Assembly (NCBI GenBank): GCA_004764695.1
Contig: SMSO01000007.1
Location: forward strand, 2,115,270 to 2,179,269
Origin: Schizochytrium sp. TIO01
Taxonomy: Eukaryota > Protista > Bigyra: Labyrinthulomycetes
DNA length: 64,000 nt
Reading direction: 5' to 3'
Shown: positions 62,553 through 64,000 of the stretch, in pieces
Position numbering within the stretch: the stretch's first letter is position 1
How the letters are laid out: every line of letters begins with the position of its first letter
Made by a program: the position numbers and the translations under genes
Notes under the pieces: model-generated
What the model saw: only the letters and a program-made list of their open reading frames with translations
Told to the model about the DNA's origin: nothing
Database searches by the model: none

Positions 62553-64000
62553 TTACTTTGGGCGTTCCCATACAGATGCTCCTGTGTGGTGGTTGTAATA
62601 GTACGAGATCTGATTAGCATCATCCCAGAACTCTTCCCAACCCTCTGGTAATGCTTGATGAAAATCTTGAGCTTCGGCTTGAGCTTTGCCACTTTGAAAA
62701 TTCTGTCGCCCAGTGGTTTGGCCTGCAACCTCCGTCCGCGCTGCTTCGGACGTGAACTCCTTAGGTGTTTCTAATATACTGGGAGATTCGAGCCCTTCTG
62801 CAGCAGATTCAACCGAGCTACGCCTTCTACCACCTACTAAACGTGAGACTCCATTCCAGCGGCTTTGTAGACGAGCCTGAGTTTCTGGGTCGATATACTC
62901 ATCTCTCTTCTCTGCAATAAAATCTTTGGTTGTCTCTAAAGCCCCCGCAAGTCGTCCACCAATTTTCTCAGCAAGCACATTTCCTTCTCCACGTTTCGCT
63001 TTAACAAGGCCTTCTTGAGCCATATTAAGCTTACCAATGAGGAATGAGTTAATCTCAAATGGAATCTCACCCTTGAAAGGTACATCAATGTGAAGCTTCA
63101 GAGTACAAGACTGAAAGCCTTTGGGTTTCTTGCTTGCAAGTGTTGCAGCACGGATTTTCTTTGTCATGTCTCTTTTGAGCTGCTTTTTAGTAGGTGTTGA
63201 AGCATCAGACTCGGCAATCTCTGTATCATTTATTCCTGCATCTTCACCTGCCTCTTCATCATCCCCGGGCAAATCGTTCTTCTTTTTCTTCTTCTTTTTC
63301 TTCTTCTTTTTCTTCTTTGCGTTCTCATCTGGAACGTCCCAATAATTCTCCGTGGCTTGACGCTTGCGACGTCGCTCTTCTTGTATGCGACTCACGGCAT
63401 CTTCAGGCTTATCTGGATCATTTTCAGCCTTATCTCCAACACTTGTGATTAAAAAGTACTGATCATTCAACCGAATGTAGTCATCTTGTTCGACAAAAGT
63501 CTTCCACTCCTCCGTTACATGAATATACAAACATTCATTATCATGAATTTTTATAGGGCCTGGAAGGCGTTCTCCATAAGGTAAAGCAGCACCCGCAGCA
63601 ACTGCTACGCGGCCCCATGCGGTACCCTTCCAGCCCATACGCTTCTTTTCTTTGGTTTTTTCATCGTCAGTCTCAAAAATTGGCGCAATACCTACAACAG
63701 CCTTCAGACGGTTTGTCAACTTCTTACGCTCTGCCATATCATGCTTCATAAGACGCCAATGATCACGTTCTTTTAACCTTTGAGCTCGTAGCATTGTTTT
63801 GCCTACTTTGCGATCTCGTCGGCCGCGATATAAGGCTTGAAGCTTGAGAGCTACCTTCTCCATACCCTCTTGCTCAGCCTGTTTTCTCAATACTTTGTTC
63901 CGCTCAGCATCTACCGCAGCCTTCTTCTTTGCGCGAATAGCATTATCATGAGCCGCGAGTTCCATAGAATAATATGGCAGCGGGTAGAAATTGTGTAAGC
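62553..64000 (-). CDS. IQ-motif and C-terminal WW-domain protein, 5' end probably outside the window
   Basis: IQ-like LQALYRGRRDRK; WW domain LPEGWEEFWDDANQISYYYNHHTGASVWERPK; poly-K tract. The frame stays open upstream of 63965 (LHNFYPLPYYS-M) to the window edge. Confidence 0.88.
   Translation of the reverse strand, partial: LHNFYPLPYYSMELAAHDNAIRAKKKAAVDAERNKVLRKQAEQEGMEKVALKLQALYRGRRDRKVGKTMLRAQRLKERDHWRLMKHDMAERKKLTNRLKAVVGIAPIFETDDEKTKEKKRMGWKGTAWGRVAVAAGAALPYGERLPGPIKIHDNECLYIHVTEEWKTFVEQDDYIRLNDQYFLITSVGDKAENDPDKPEDAVSRIQEERRRKRQATENYWDVPDENAKKKKKKKKKKKKKNDLPGDDEEAGEDAGINDTEIAESDASTPTKKQLKRDMTKKIRAATLASKKPKGFQSCTLKLHIDVPFKGEIPFEINSFLIGKLNMAQEGLVKAKRGEGNVLAEKIGGRLAGALETTKDFIAEKRDEYIDPETQARLQSRWNGVSRLVGGRRRSSVESAAEGLESPSILETPKEFTSEAARTEVAGQTTGRQNFQSGKAQAEAQDFHQALPEGWEEFWDDANQISYYYNHHTGASVWERPK

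Overview
Eukaryotic, intron-poor, microsatellite-rich genomic DNA. The style suggests a protist, possibly a thraustochytrid/labyrinthulomycete (inference, not verifiable here). Six intact protein genes are supported: (1) RAD51 (two exons, 635..691 + 831..1808) carrying DMC1-like residues in its DNA-binding loops; (2) an 867-aa Q-rich putative transcription factor with an unrecognised N-terminal domain and a C-terminal PAS-like domain; (3) a 7-finger C2H2 protein; (4) an ELMO-domain (ELMOD-like) protein; (5) a ~1725-aa soluble-adenylyl-cyclase-like STAND protein with the unusual architecture AC-AC-(ubiquitin/RA-like)-NTPase-winged helix-PH-GNAT; (6) a 5'-truncated IQ + WW protein. About 40 kb (7.3-47.6 kb) has no intact gene. 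Its first part (8-33 kb) is an alternation of GC-rich islands, AT-rich spacers and long microsatellites; its second part holds decayed coding relics, the clearest being a Plavaka/CACTA-like DDE transposase (43.0-46.7 kb). Two weaker relics (glycosyltransferase-like and Gig2/PARP-like) lie at 53-55 kb. No tRNA, rRNA or CRISPR array was found. All domain calls come from motif recognition by eye and need HMM or structure confirmation.
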